In this document: piece by piece, positions 1 to 7,087 of the stretch
Position numbering within the stretch: the first letter of the stretch is position 1
Layout of the letters: each line of letters starts with the position of its first letter
Source: Pseudomonadota bacterium
GTDB taxonomy: Bacteria > Pseudomonadota > Gammaproteobacteria > UBA4575
Reading direction: 5' to 3'
NCBI GenBank assembly: GCA_009839635.1
Contig: VXPJ01000002.1
Location: forward strand, 1 to 41,328
DNA length: 41,328 nt
Notes under the pieces: generated by a model
The model's input: only the letters and a program-made list of their open reading frames with translations
Database searches by the model: none
Told to the model about the DNA's origin: nothing
Program-made: the position numbers and the translations under genes

Positions 1-1523
1 GTGCCCCAAGCCTCGTGGGACTCATAGGCTGTGGGCTCGAGTTCGCGCACGCGCAGCTCTTCTAGGAGCTTGAAATGATGGGTGTCAATTTTCGGACGTG
101 AAGGGATTTCCTGGTCCATCAAATAATGGTGCAGGCCTTCTGCTGCGATTGAGGCTTGGCCAATGGCTGTGGTGAGGAGGTGCGGGTTGACGGCATCTCC
201 AGCCACAAAATGTCCGGGTTTGTCCACCACTTGATAGACCTTGTCTGCATCCATCAATCCCCACCCGTTATCGAATTCCTCGATTCCCGTATAGTCACCG
301 GTTTGACCGGTCGCACTGACGATCAGGGTGCATTCGATATCGAATTCCTCGCCTTCCTTGGGTTGCAACTTACCATCGACAAGCTCTACTGGAACCACTC
401 GAAGCGCCTTGGCCCTGCCATTCTCATCCTTGATCACTTCAACTGGCGATAGCCCGTCATGTATTTCTACACCCTCACGAATCACAGCATCGAGTTCATG
501 CTTGGTCGCAGGAGCATCCGAGATCGGACGCCGGTAGACGACCCAAACATCGGCTCCCGTACGCTTGGCCACGCTCGCCACATCATGCACCGTGTGTCCC
601 AGGATCACGCTTTCCGGACGGTCTTTTTGGGTGACGCTGTGGATGTTGCCGATACGTCTGGCCACAGCCAGCACGTCCATTGCCGTATCCCCTGCACCGA
701 TTACCAGTATTCGGCCGCTGATGTATTTCAGGCGGTCCTCGTTGAATGCGCGCAGGTAAGACATGCCGTCCACGACATTCGGAGCATCGCCTCCCGGGAT
801 CGGCAATGTCTTTCCAGAAACCGCGCCAATACCCCAGAACACCGCATCGTAATCGCGTTCCAGTTCTTTGACTGAGACATCCGTGCCGACCCGGGTGTTT
901 AGCTTGACCTCCACACCCATGTCGATGATTCGATTGATCTCACCCTCCAGCACGGATCGCGGTGTACGGTATCCCGGGATACCAAATACCATCATGCCTC
1001 CAAGCTGGTCGTATTCATCAAAAATTGTGCAGGCATGCCCTTTCTGGCGCAGGAAATACGCCGCGGTCAGGCCCGCGCATCCACCACCGACAATTGCAAC
1101 TTTCTTGCCGCTGTCCTGCTCGGGTACCGAATAGGTCAGGTTCTGCTGCAAAGCCCAGTCACCTACATACTGTTCCACGGCATTGATACCCACGGCTTCT
1201 TCTACTTCATTGCGGTTGCAGCCGTCTTCGCACGGGGCAGGACATACACGCCCCATCACGGATGGGAACGGGTTGGACAAGGTCATGCGACGAAAGGCAT
1301 GTTCCTGCCAGGTCATATCGCCTACGGGTTTGTCAATGCCCCGGACAATTGACAGCCAGCCGCGAATATCATGGCCGGAGGGGCAACTTGCCTGACACGG
1401 AGGGGTCCTGTGTATGTATGTGGGACAGATTTCAGACAACCCGTTTTGCACAACGTCCTTGCTCCATTGCGTCGTGACATGGTCGCCATCCTCATAGCGT
1501 CGAAAAGTGAGCTTTTCTTCCAT
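1..1523 (-). CDS. dsrL: DsrL, a glutamate-synthase small-subunit-like NAD(P)H:acceptor oxidoreductase. The N-terminal part is present; the 3' end is cut by the window edge.
   Basis: This ORF is absent from the track because it runs off the window. My own reverse-complement translation from the ATG at 1523 reads MEEKLTFRRYEDGDHVTTQWSKDVVQNGLSEICPTYIHRTPPCQASCPSGHDIRGW...VCPAPCEDGCNRN...KKVAIVGGGCAGLTAAYFLRQKGH...ILVIGAGDTAMDV. That gives GltD-type N-terminal Fe-S cysteine clusters plus two Rossmann GxGxxG motifs. A GGGAGG Shine-Dalgarno lies 9 nt upstream. The many short overlapping + strand ORFs at 156-1595 are typical antisense noise. The dsr context supports DsrL over GltD. Confidence 0.8.
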   Translation of the reverse strand, partial: MEEKLTFRRYEDGDHVTTQWSKDVVQNGLSEICPTYIHRTPPCQASCPSGHDIRGWLSIVRGIDKPVGDMTWQEHAFRRMTLSNPFPSVMGRVCPAPCEDGCNRNEVEEAVGINAVEQYVGDWALQQNLTYSVPEQDSGKKVAIVGGGCAGLTAAYFLRQKGHACTIFDEYDQLGGMMVFGIPGYRTPRSVLEGEINRIIDMGVEVKLNTRVGTDVSVKELERDYDAVFWGIGAVSGKTLPIPGGDAPNVVDGMSYLRAFNEDRLKYISGRILVIGAGDTAMDVLAVARRIGNIHSVTQKDRPESVILGHTVHDVASVAKRTGADVWVVYRRPISDAPATKHELDAVIREGVEIHDGLSPVEVIKDENGRAKALRVVPVELVDGKLQPKEGEEFDIECTLIVSATGQTGDYTGIEEFDNGWGLMDADKVYQVVDKPGHFVAGDAVNPHLLTTAIGQASIAAEGLHHYLMDQEIPSRPKIDTHHFKLLEELRVRELEPTAYESHEAWG

Positions 1524-1604
1524 TATCCACTACCTCCCAAAACAGGCGTCCTAACCCCGGTGGTTCGGGCCGATTTGAATCTATCTGGCAAATAAGAGTA
1601 CCCG

Positions 1605-1621
1605 ATTATAAGGAAATTTCC
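1605..1621 (-). promoter_or_regulatory. Candidate dsrL promoter -10 element (perfect TATAAT on the minus strand, 1605-1610), with an adjacent perfect 10-bp palindrome GGAAATTTCC (1612-1621) in the spacer position.
   Basis: Read directly: the forward sequence is ...cccgATTATAaGGAAATTTCCggg. No good -35 hexamer is present, and the palindrome sits where a -35 or activator site would be. Confidence 0.3.
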
Positions 1622-1727
1622 GGGCACGAGAATATAACTTAAGCACTATCTCTGCCAGCCATGCGCTACATAACATTCGGTATGTTCATGCATCGTTGTT
1701 CCGGACTCAAAAGGCCGATTTGGCAGG

Positions 1728-2078
1728 TCAGCTCATGACAAGCTCGGTTAGTGTCATGTCACCCGAAGTGTCAATGTCGAGGGCCTGAATCCCAGGCATC
1801 CTGTCCACGATGTAGGCTGCCATCAGCCCTACAGTTGCCGTTCTCTCCTGCTGTATCGCGGTCAGCATCTTGTCAGCCGCAATCTGGCAGCGTTGCAGGT
1901 CGTTGGGACAATCCACCCAGGTACGGCTCATTTGCCAGCCCCGGTCCATATCCGAATCCATTTTCTGGAATATATCCTGAGCGTCCTGCGTCATTTCATG
2001 ATCGACGCGCAGGGAAAAGGTTTTCTCATCGATTGTGACTTTCAGTATCATCGGGTAGTTTTCGCAGACTTGTTGCAT
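1728..2078 (-). CDS. Hypothetical protein, 116 aa (107 aa if it starts at the ATG at 2051).
   Basis: Clean ORF on the same strand as dsrL and immediately upstream of it. I recognise no motif. The start is ambiguous and neither candidate has a clear SD. Confidence 0.45.
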   Translation of the reverse strand: MQQVCENYPMILKVTIDEKTFSLRVDHEMTQDAQDIFQKMDSDMDRGWQMSRTWVDCPNDLQRCQIAADKMLTAIQQERTATVGLMAAYIVDRMPGIQALDIDTSGDMTLTELVMS

Positions 2079-2109
2079 GTCAATGCGACCAGCACCGAGT
2101 ATTCAAAGA

Positions 2110-2778
2110 ATGGTGATACAAGTCAAACATGTTCTCGGCGACCAGGAACTTCATCAGGTACGTGAATTGCTGGCCAGTGCAAAATTCCAGGACGGCAGAC
2201 TTTCTGCCGGGCTTTCTGCCCGGCAGGTGAAAAACAACGAAGAGGTCTGTAGCAAACAAACGGTTTCAGAGCTTAACCACATTGTGATGGGCAATCTGGT
2301 ACGCCATCCCGAGTATAAGATTGCGGCACTCCCACACCGCATTGCGGTGCCCTTTTACGTGCGGTACGGCAAGGGCATGGCGTATGGAGAACACATGGAC
2401 GATCCTGTGATGGGAGAGGAAAACCGGTATCGCTCGGATATTGCCATTACCGTATTTTTGAATTCGCCCGATGAATACGAAGGCGGGGAACTGGTGATTA
2501 GCACGCCCTTTGGACGTCAGCCGATCAAGTGCCCGGCGGGTGACGCCGTGTTGTATCCTGCCTCGACACGTCATCAGGTGATCCCGGTAACGAGCGGTGA
2601 GCGTCTGGTGGCTGTGACTTGGGTGCAGAGCCTGGTGCGAAGCTACGAACAACGCGACCTGCTTTATCAACTCGGCAAGGCCCGTGAGAAAATGTTGCGC
2701 AAGGCCCCTGATTCCGAGGATAGCCGACGCATTGACAACGTGTACCTCAACCTAGTGCGCATGTGGAGTGCAGTCTGA
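2110..2778 (+). CDS. Fe(II)/2-oxoglutarate-dependent PKHD-type hydroxylase (PiuC/YbiX family).
   Basis: Collinear with E. coli YbiX as I recall it: MVIQVKHVL..., ...GRLSAG...QVKNNEE..., HMDDP (HxD), ITVFLNSPDEYEGGELVI, PAGDAVLYPASTRHQV (distal His), RLVAVTWVQS. The track ORF starts at 2077; the ATG at 2110 matches the family N-terminus. Confidence 0.8.
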   Translation: MVIQVKHVLGDQELHQVRELLASAKFQDGRLSAGLSARQVKNNEEVCSKQTVSELNHIVMGNLVRHPEYKIAALPHRIAVPFYVRYGKGMAYGEHMDDPVMGEENRYRSDIAITVFLNSPDEYEGGELVISTPFGRQPIKCPAGDAVLYPASTRHQVIPVTSGERLVAVTWVQSLVRSYEQRDLLYQLGKAREKMLRKAPDSEDSRRIDNVYLNLVRMWSAV

Positions 2779-2910
2779 AATGAGGGACCCCGTGGGAACA
2801 GGACCGAGGGCCAGGTTTGCATGATCTAATGATGCGGAGGTGGAATTCCGTACCAAGCTGGCCTTCTTGCGGCCTGGAACGGATACAGAAACGGCTTTTT
2901 GAAAAATCGG

Positions 2911-3114
2911 CTAGGGTTTGGAGCCTACTTCCTCGTGAGCATCGTCCACCACATCCATGGCGACCTTCGAATACTCTTCTTTGAAGCCGTCGAGCTCTGA
3001 CCCTTTCTCTGGCAGCCAATAGCTTTCGGCCGTCAATTTCCCGCTTTGCTCGAGTTCTATGAATTTCTTTTGCATCTCAAGCAGTTTCTGGATCTTTTCC
3101 TGTTTGGAACTCAC
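2911..3114 (-). CDS. Hypothetical small acidic protein, 67 aa.
   Basis: ORF MSSKQEKIQKLLEMQKKFIELEQSGKLTAESYW...VVDDAHEEVGSKP. It lies on the same strand as, and downstream of, the Cas6-like/DsrC-like genes. The family is unrecognised. Confidence 0.4.
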   Translation of the reverse strand: MSSKQEKIQKLLEMQKKFIELEQSGKLTAESYWLPEKGSELDGFKEEYSKVAMDVVDDAHEEVGSKP

Positions 3115-3225
3115 GTCGAATCCTCATTCTGTTCACATCCGCCTGCATACGCTAGTAGCCCGGCGGCCCGCTGTCTGTATTCCCTAATGGGTGCAGGCAT
3201 GGGGCGTCGCACGACCGGGCCAGAA

Positions 3226-3567
3226 TCAATACCCGCCCTTGCGCCGGCTCTCGGGTAACCCGCCAATACGACCTGCCTGCTTGCTGGGGTTTCCAGGAAA
3301 CAGGTCGTACAGGACCTTGGCATTCAATTTCTTTTCTCCCCAGGCCTTGGCCATGGCCTTGGCCATGTTCCGGGTATTGGGCAGGTTTTCGTTGTTGTGG
3401 ATGAACTCATCCCTGAGGTAATTGATGACGTCCCAGTGCCGGTCTGTCAGCTCAAGACCTTCCTGCTGGGCAATTATGCTCGCCACCTCTTCGCTCCAGT
3501 CTCCAATGTCAACCAGAAAACCGGAGTCCGTTGTTTCGATTTCCTTACCATCAATGTTAATTGCCAT
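3226..3567 (-). CDS. DsrC/TusE-family protein lacking both conserved cysteines (113 aa).
   Basis: Aligns along its length with the bona fide DsrC at 9363-9695: GFLVDIGDWSEEVA / GYLANLNDWQPELA; DRHWDVINYLRDEF / ENHWEVINFLRSYY; LYDLFPGNPSKQAGRIGGLP / LYELFPYGPAKQACKYAGLP. It ends ...ESRRKGGY instead of ...KPTGCV. I chose the ATG at 3567 because AGGAG lies 7 nt upstream; the track ORF extends to 3663. Confidence 0.8.
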   Translation of the reverse strand: MAINIDGKEIETTDSGFLVDIGDWSEEVASIIAQQEGLELTDRHWDVINYLRDEFIHNNENLPNTRNMAKAMAKAWGEKKLNAKVLYDLFPGNPSKQAGRIGGLPESRRKGGY

Positions 3568-3631
3568 AACTTCACTCCTCACCTGACAATTCTTGCTTGC
3601 CTTTATGTCAGCAGTTAACTCAACAGTGGTT

Positions 3632-4321
3632 TTATTTTTCCTGTGACTGCCGGACTGCGTCAATACCCTTATGAGGTAGGAACAGGCCGCAGCCCACTTT
3701 GCGGCCCGGGCCTAGGCCGTGTTGCTGCAGGTGAATGGACTCTTCTTTCTCCAGGCTGTCAATCATCAAGCTGCGTGTAGCCAGATTGTCCCCGGGCATC
3801 CGCAGCACGTGTGCCCGTCCGCTCATCATTTTCCTGGCATGTATGCCCTGGTCCCTCAGCAGCCTGTCCGCCTGGTCCAGGAAGGCTGCCTCGTCGGTGA
3901 GATGATCCGTAACAATGTAGCGCGCGAAAATCGTGGTCTGTGAAGAAAGCAATTTCTCGTGGGGTTGGCTCAGGATCAGTTCATGAGCACCGACCTGCAT
4001 CCTTCTGCCTGCAAGCTGCTTGGCCTCGGGGATCCGGTGTTTTGGCAGTCTCAGCATGAAACGCGTGCGGCGGGACAAGCTCAGTAACGCATCCGGTTCC
4101 TGCGGCCTGATCCAGCCATTCCCCGACTCGGCCCCGTGGATCAGGTGGATCCCGGCCTGGGTCTCTTCTGTCATCCAGGTCAGTTCAGCCTGAATGGCCC
4201 TGTAAAGGTCATAGGCATGGTCCAGCGGCAATTGCTTGCACTGTACCTTGAATGACAAATCGATGACATCGTCCGGTACGACGTACTGCTTGCCCTTGTC
4301 TTCTCGATCCTGCCAGTACAT
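3632..4321 (-). CDS. Cas6/Cmx6-like RAMP-superfamily protein (orphan; no CRISPR or other cas genes in the window).
   Basis: The C-terminus carries an exact Cas6 glycine-rich loop of the form G-h-G-x5-G-h-G: GLGPGRKVGCG, followed by LFLPHK. The N-terminus reads VIDLSFKVQCKQLPLDHAYDLYRAIQ, which resembles my recollection of the Cmx6 (type I-MYXAN Cas6) signature. At ~230 aa it fits a two-RRM Cas6. The start at 4321 lies 7 nt after the upstream stop; the track ORF runs to 4516 through a low-complexity extension. Confidence 0.55.
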   Translation of the reverse strand: MYWQDREDKGKQYVVPDDVIDLSFKVQCKQLPLDHAYDLYRAIQAELTWMTEETQAGIHLIHGAESGNGWIRPQEPDALLSLSRRTRFMLRLPKHRIPEAKQLAGRRMQVGAHELILSQPHEKLLSSQTTIFARYIVTDHLTDEAAFLDQADRLLRDQGIHARKMMSGRAHVLRMPGDNLATRSLMIDSLEKEESIHLQQHGLGPGRKVGCGLFLPHKGIDAVRQSQEK

Positions 4322-4328
4322 TGCAGGG

Positions 4329-4505
4329 CTAGTCGGGGATTTTATTGGCCGCGGTGAATACCGATTCCAGGATGTCTTCCCAGTTTTCGGGAGTGTCATG
4401 AAAAGGAGGGCGCACATCCATGCGAAAGAACCGTTCCTCCTTCTGTGCGTGCTCGCCGATCTTTTCCTTGAGTTCCTCAAATGACTGCAGCTCGTGGTGC
4501 TGCAT
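4329..4505 (-). CDS. Small acidic hypothetical protein, ~58 aa (alternative starts at 4529 and 4532).
   Basis: MQHHELQSFEELKEKIGEHAQKEERFFRMDVRPPFHDTPENWEDILESVFTAANKIPD. It is tightly packed, starting 7 nt after the TauD-like stop and ending 7 nt before the Cas6-like start. No family recognised. Confidence 0.4.
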   Translation of the reverse strand: MQHHELQSFEELKEKIGEHAQKEERFFRMDVRPPFHDTPENWEDILESVFTAANKIPD

Positions 4506-4512
4506 GAGGATC

Positions 4513-5520
4513 TCACTCAGCCACAACATCATCGGTGTGCCGCATGTCGTTCGCGAGGTCGGGTCTGGCCACACGTTCATAAAAGCGGGCCCGGTACAGC
4601 AGGCGATTCGAGCGGGGTTTATCAGAAAACATGATTCGATTATGCAGCACATTGTTGCAAATCACACCCTCACCACTTTGCAGACGGTGGCTGAACTGGT
4701 ATGGGTTGTCATCGAGGATATCCAGCAAGGTGGACCTTGCCCGCGCGCATGCCTGACTGTCTTTCCACTGGATGTTGCGGGTACGGGCGGTATAGCGCGT
4801 GTATAAGGTCTGTGTGGGCCCGTCAATCAAAAACACGGGCCCGGTTGTCTCAAGATCCGGCCGTTCACTGTTTTCAGGATTGGGAGGGATCGTCATGACT
4901 TCGGGGTCCATCAGGGCCTCGATGTGTTCCGGGTCATGATCGCGCAGCAGGATGTAAAGGATTTCAGGGTCCAGGTAGGTGTTTTCACCGCCGCTCTTGG
5001 CAGGGCGCACACAATGCATCAAAAATGCCCGGATGCGTTGTGTATCTTGGTTGTAATAGCCGTCGGTGTGCCAGTTCAGCGGCTTGTTCGTGTACGGAAT
5101 GTACGAGCTTCCAGGCCCTTTGGGCAAGGCCTGTATGGATGAAATCCGATCCCGGTCTGCGCAAAAGTTGGCATCCATGTGGATCAGGCCCAACTGCCTG
5201 GCAAGGGCGGTGACAATGTTTTTGTCCTGCACATCGTCACGCCTGGTCCTGTAGATGGCGAGATTGGTCTTCTCGCACATCTGCAACAAGCTGTCTTTTT
5301 CTTCCTGGGTCAGCTGGCAGGGGTTTTGGATGTCCACGATCAGCTGTTCCGTACGGGCCGGGTAGTTCCTGAGTTTGCGTGCCCGCCATTGGCGGTATGC
5401 GTTGGTGTTTTCAAGTAAGAACTGCTGCATGGGCTGGCGAGCACAGAAATGATCCGAGGGAGAAGGGAAAAGACTGTGCGACTGTGTGTGGACCCCCGTG
5501 CGAAATAATGCCTGAGACAC
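4513..5520 (-). CDS. TauD/TfdA-family Fe(II)/2-oxoglutarate dioxygenase.
   Basis: NWHTDGYY (HxD facial triad), distal NNVLHNR, and LYRARF near the C-terminus, in a ~300-aa protein. The longest ORF starts at the GTG at 5520; the ATG at 5430 (MQQFLLEN...) is an alternative start. Confidence 0.65.
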   Translation of the reverse strand: MSQALFRTGVHTQSHSLFPSPSDHFCARQPMQQFLLENTNAYRQWRARKLRNYPARTEQLIVDIQNPCQLTQEEKDSLLQMCEKTNLAIYRTRRDDVQDKNIVTALARQLGLIHMDANFCADRDRISSIQALPKGPGSSYIPYTNKPLNWHTDGYYNQDTQRIRAFLMHCVRPAKSGGENTYLDPEILYILLRDHDPEHIEALMDPEVMTIPPNPENSERPDLETTGPVFLIDGPTQTLYTRYTARTRNIQWKDSQACARARSTLLDILDDNPYQFSHRLQSGEGVICNNVLHNRIMFSDKPRSNRLLYRARFYERVARPDLANDMRHTDDVVAE

Positions 5521-5667
5521 TTGTGGTTTAGCTTAATGTTATCGACCTGATAAATCCTATCTCTATCGGGATAACCTGCTTTTGGGTTCGCCCCCCATGG
5601 AGGGGATTTTGTCCTCTAGGTCCTGCTTCTAGACTCATCAAGGTATGTTTAGAACCTTTAGGCTTCT

Positions 5668-5696
5668 TTGCCATGACGTGTTCCTGTACACTTAAT
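5668..5696 (+). promoter_or_regulatory. Candidate sigma70-type promoter for dsrA: TTGCCA, 17-nt spacer, CTTAAT.
   Basis: Hexamers and the 17-nt spacer were read directly. The site is ~65 nt upstream of the dsrA ATG, and AAGGAG lies 8 nt before that ATG. There is no experimental support. Confidence 0.25.
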
Positions 5697-5760
5697 AGAG
5701 TCCATGCATCCGGTTTGAGGTTTCGAATCTGAAGCCAGAACTACGTAAGGAGATTTCATA

Positions 5761-7023
5761 ATGGCCGATACGCATCATCCCACTCCTATGCTTGATGACC
5801 TGGAAAAGGGTCCGTGGCCGAGTTTCGTTTCCGGTATCAAGCGTCTGCGCGACAAACATGACGATGAACGGGTCCGGGGCGTGGCCAACTCCTTGCTGGG
5901 CCAGCTGGAACACTCCTACGAGACGCGCAAAGGTTACTGGAAGGGCGGTACGGTTTCGGTGTTCGGGTATGGCAGCGGAATCATTCCTCGTTTTTCCGAG
6001 GTGGGTTCGGCGTTTCCCGAATCCAAGGAGTTCCACACCCTGAGGGTTCAGCCCCCTGCAGGAAACTATTACACGACGGACATGCTGCGACAGCTTGGAT
6101 CAAGCTGGGAGAAATGGGGTTCCGGGCTGGTGACCTTTCATGGGCAAACCGGGAACATCATGTTCATCGGTGCCACGACGGAGAACACGCAGCACTTTTT
6201 TGATGAGATCAATGATTACGGATGGGACCTAGGAGGTGCAGGGCCCTGCGTGCGTACTGGACAGTCCTGTGTAGGCTCGGCGCGGTGCGAGATGTCCAAT
6301 GCGGACGAAATGAAAATTCACCGAACCCTGCTCAATAACTTCACCGACGATGTCCATCGTCCTGCATTACCCTACAAGTTCAAATTCAAGGTATCCGGAT
6401 GCCCGAACGACTGCATGAATTCGATCGAGCGGTCGGACTTCTCCATTATCGGCACGTGGCGTGACGACATGAAAGTGGATCAGGACGAAGTCAAGAAATT
6501 CGTGAAACGCAAGGGTCGCCAGTATGTGATCGATAACGTGATTACTAGGTGTCCGACCAAGGCCCTTACCCTGAAAGATGATGACACTCTGGAGGTCAAC
6601 AACGAGGACTGCGTTCGTTGCATGCACTGCCTGAACGTGATGGTGAAAGCCTTGTCGCCGGGAGATGACCGGGGAGTCACCATACTCATAGGGGGCAAGC
6701 GTACCCTCAAGATCGGTGACCTGATGGGAACCGTGGTCGTGCCGTTCATGAAGCTCGACACCGAAGAGGATTACGAGAGACTGGTCGAGATAGCCGAGGA
6801 AACCATTGATTTCTGGGCAGAGAACGGTCTGGAGCATGAGCGATGCGGGGAAATGATCGAGCGCATCGGTCTTGTCAATTTCCTGGAAGGGATCGGCATT
6901 GAAGTGGATCCCAACATGGTCAACGAGCCGCGTCAGAGTTCCTATCTGCGTACTGACGGCTGGGATGAAGAAGCCGAGAAGTGGTTCCAGAGGAAGGCCG
7001 AGCAGCAGGCGGCTGCAGGCTAA
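5761..7023 (+). CDS. dsrA: Dissimilatory sulfite reductase alpha subunit (oxidative/reverse type by context).
   Basis: 420 aa with a PTPMLDDLEKGPWPSFV N-terminus, KGYWKGG, the siroheme/[4Fe-4S] cysteines CVGSARCE...CPNDC, and the ferredoxin insert CPTKAL...CVRCMHC. dsrB follows. Confidence 0.95.
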   Translation: MADTHHPTPMLDDLEKGPWPSFVSGIKRLRDKHDDERVRGVANSLLGQLEHSYETRKGYWKGGTVSVFGYGSGIIPRFSEVGSAFPESKEFHTLRVQPPAGNYYTTDMLRQLGSSWEKWGSGLVTFHGQTGNIMFIGATTENTQHFFDEINDYGWDLGGAGPCVRTGQSCVGSARCEMSNADEMKIHRTLLNNFTDDVHRPALPYKFKFKVSGCPNDCMNSIERSDFSIIGTWRDDMKVDQDEVKKFVKRKGRQYVIDNVITRCPTKALTLKDDDTLEVNNEDCVRCMHCLNVMVKALSPGDDRGVTILIGGKRTLKIGDLMGTVVVPFMKLDTEEDYERLVEIAEETIDFWAENGLEHERCGEMIERIGLVNFLEGIGIEVDPNMVNEPRQSSYLRTDGWDEEAEKWFQRKAEQQAAAG

Positions 7024-7087
7024 CTCTGTAGTCCTGCCGTACACACCTTTTTAAAAGCATCAGGCTACTAAAGTTTAGGAGAACATA

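Noticed and set aside
156-1595. About ten overlapping 60-140-aa ORFs on the + strand.
   Set aside because: They overlap each other in different frames and lie antisense to a long uninterrupted minus-strand frame that translates to a clear DsrL/GltD-like protein. They are antisense artefacts.
3632-4516. Full 294-aa reading of the Cas6-like ORF.
   Set aside because: The first 65 residues are Ser/Arg/Thr-rich low complexity and overlap the upstream small ORF by ~190 nt. The ATG at 4321 gives a Cas6-sized protein with operon-like spacing.
6367-7044. 225-aa minus-strand ORF, and similar long antisense ORFs at 8504-9148, 10981-11601, 15510-16247, 21621-22193, 23022-23660 and 25263-25967.
   Set aside because: Each lies fully inside a confidently identified + strand gene (dsrA, dsrF/H, dsrK, dsrN, nrdA, nrdB, btuB). 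Their products are low-complexity, Arg/His-rich sequences with no recognisable motifs.
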